Source: Isurus oxyrinchus (Eukaryota). From it: a DNA stretch of 64,000 nucleotides. The position numbers and the translations under genes were made by a program. The stretch is from the NCBI GenBank assembly GCA_026770705.1, contig JANJGN010000021.1, positions 88,412,001-88,476,000 of the forward strand, given 5' to 3'. The notes under the pieces are model-generated. The model had not been told where the DNA came from, made no database searches, and worked only from the letters and a program-made list of their open reading frames with translations. Positions 62,230 to 64,000 of this stretch are shown here, in pieces. Numbering within the stretch: the first letter of the stretch is position 1; every line of letters starts with the position of its first letter.

Positions 62230-64000
62230 CACCCATATTCATTTTTATCACCGTCGTCTGGTCAGCCCTTTCAATTGAGGATGCTGCCTGCTAGGCTCCA
62301 TGAATTGTGTGTCCTCAGGTGACCCACCAGGACCAATCCTGAAGCCACAGGTCTTTGGGCAGAGAGGATAAGAGTTGCTCTGGGGAATGGTGGTTTCTCA
62401 AGCCAGGGTCTGCTGTCTCTCCTGCTTTCCTAGCTTCTGTGCCACAGGGTTTATGCAGCCAGCTTCCAGCCATGTGGCAGCTCGTTGGATGAGGCACTGC
62501 CACATGACAGGGTTTAAGGCAAGTTCCTGCCACATACAGATGTCAATGGTCCCCTTTTTAATGAGGCATTCAGAGTATCCATAAAACATTCCCTCTGTGC
62601 TCCAGGGGATTGAGATCAGGTGCTTTCCTTTAAGTGTGAAGAGAATCTGCTTCCAAAGATGATTATTTGCCATGAGGATGAGGTGCTCAGACCAGTGGAG
62701 TTGATTTCACTTGACCATGGTTGCAATGCTGGAGGAGTTGGCTTCAGGGAGGATGCTGGGGTTTGCTTGCCTGTCCTGCCACTTGACTTTGAGCATCCTG
62801 TGGAGACACTGCTGCTGGTGCCTGGGGGTGCCTTTGGTCAGTGGCCCAAGTTACACTGCCATGTAGAAGGGTGGTGACAACAACAGCATTGTAGAACAAA
62901 GCCTTTGACTTCTTAAGGAGGTCTCTGTTGTTGAAGCCCCACCTCCTTACACGTCAGCAAAGACATTTTTCCGCACGGGTCAGAATATTGCTGTCAGGGT
63001 GCAGGGGTGGGCCTGATACGCCGACGCGTAAAATGACGTGAGGTGATGTCAGGCGTGCGTGCTGATGTCATCAAGTGTCATTTCGATCTTTCGTTCGGCG
63101 GGTGCACACCGGAGTTGGTTGCGCACTCGCCGAACTGTCAGCGGCCTATTAAGGCCATTTAAAAAGTAATTAAGCTCATTAACAATGCTGCCCATCCAAC
63201 CTTAAGCTGGCGGACAGTGAAGAGCCCAGACGGCCTTTGCGTTTTTCAGGAAACGTCATCCACGGGAGGGATGAGATTTCCTGAAGGTTTTATAAAATCA
63301 TGAAATAAAATTTGCTGAAATCACAAACATGTCCCGGCTCATGTGACACTGTCACATAAGGGGATATGTTTAAATAATTTTTAACTTTATTTTCAAAAAG
63401 CTTGTATTATTAACTTGATCTCCCTGAGGCAGCTCTGTGCCTCAGGGAGATTTCTGTACTCTTTAAGCGCGCATGAATGAGAGAGCGCAGGCCCCTCCTC
63501 TCCCTCCTCTCCCCTGCCCTCATAGGTAGCGCTGAGCGCTACCGGCCGCACATTACACTGGGTTGGCCTTAATTGGCTCGCCTGTATAAAATGGTGGCAT
63601 GCAGCCACAGATAAGCTTCGTGCCCACCCTCGCCCACTCCTGAACAGCCCACCCGCTGCCTGAAAAATTCAGGCCATGGTTTCTGGCCCTCCAGGGGAAC
63701 TACAGGCATGATTTTTGTCGCTTGATAAATCACAGACAAGTGCCTGGAAAATATAGAGGGTCCTCCATGTCTTTTATTGATCATTGAAAGGCTTTTGACT
63801 CCATTAACTCTGAAGCCCTTTGGAAACTCCTCCAGAGACTTGAATGTCCAGCAAATTTTGTTACTACTCTGCAACTCCTGCATGGCAATAAGACAACAAC
63901 CTTTACAGTGGACTGGAGGCTGAACCCTTTGTATCTGAATAAGCATCAAGCACGGCTGCGAGATTCTACCAACTCTCTTTGCTATCTATCTCAGCCTGGT
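62230..64000. mobile_element. RTE-clade LINE remnant (C-terminus on -, RT on +), interrupted by a MITE
   Basis: Minus strand: ISIPW...WQELALNPVMWQCLI. Plus strand: GFWPSRGTTGMIFVA and FID..KAFDSINSEALWKLL. Confidence 0.7.
62978..63675. mobile_element. PIF/Harbinger-like MITE
   Basis: GGTCAGAATATT...AAAATTCAGGCC with ACG/ATG flanks; internal similarity to 55024-55558. Confidence 0.72.

Overview
This is eukaryotic, repeat-dense vertebrate DNA. The repeat complement (CR1, L2, Penelope-like, Deu-SINE, Tx1) resembles cartilaginous fish such as a shark; this is an inference. Bases 1-12660 are the end of a 35-bp satellite array with nested higher-order duplications. The rest is mostly decayed retroelements: CR1, L2, a second CR1-group LINE, Penelope-like elements carrying minimal hammerhead ribozyme motifs, RTE, a Tx1-type element and Harbinger-like MITEs. 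Among them lie exons of two divergently oriented Ig-superfamily genes of CD2/SLAM/CEACAM/HEPACAM type. The minus-strand gene is leader-IgV-IgC2, with a leader 1 nt out of frame. The plus-strand gene is leader-IgV-TM-cytoplasmic and is built from a partial tandem duplication with reciprocal decay. The most unusual items are (i) a gag-only Tx1-type element whose 5' end is a U2 snRNA fragment with a mutated branch-point recognition sequence, (ii) the duplicated Ig gene that could give secreted or membrane forms, and (iii) short, TSD-flanked hammerhead-bearing insertions, including a fold-back hairpin beside an exon. All calls come from manual reading and motif recognition; no database searches were run. 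Repeat boundaries are approximate. Most ORFs in the supplied track are spurious or are retroelement fragments.
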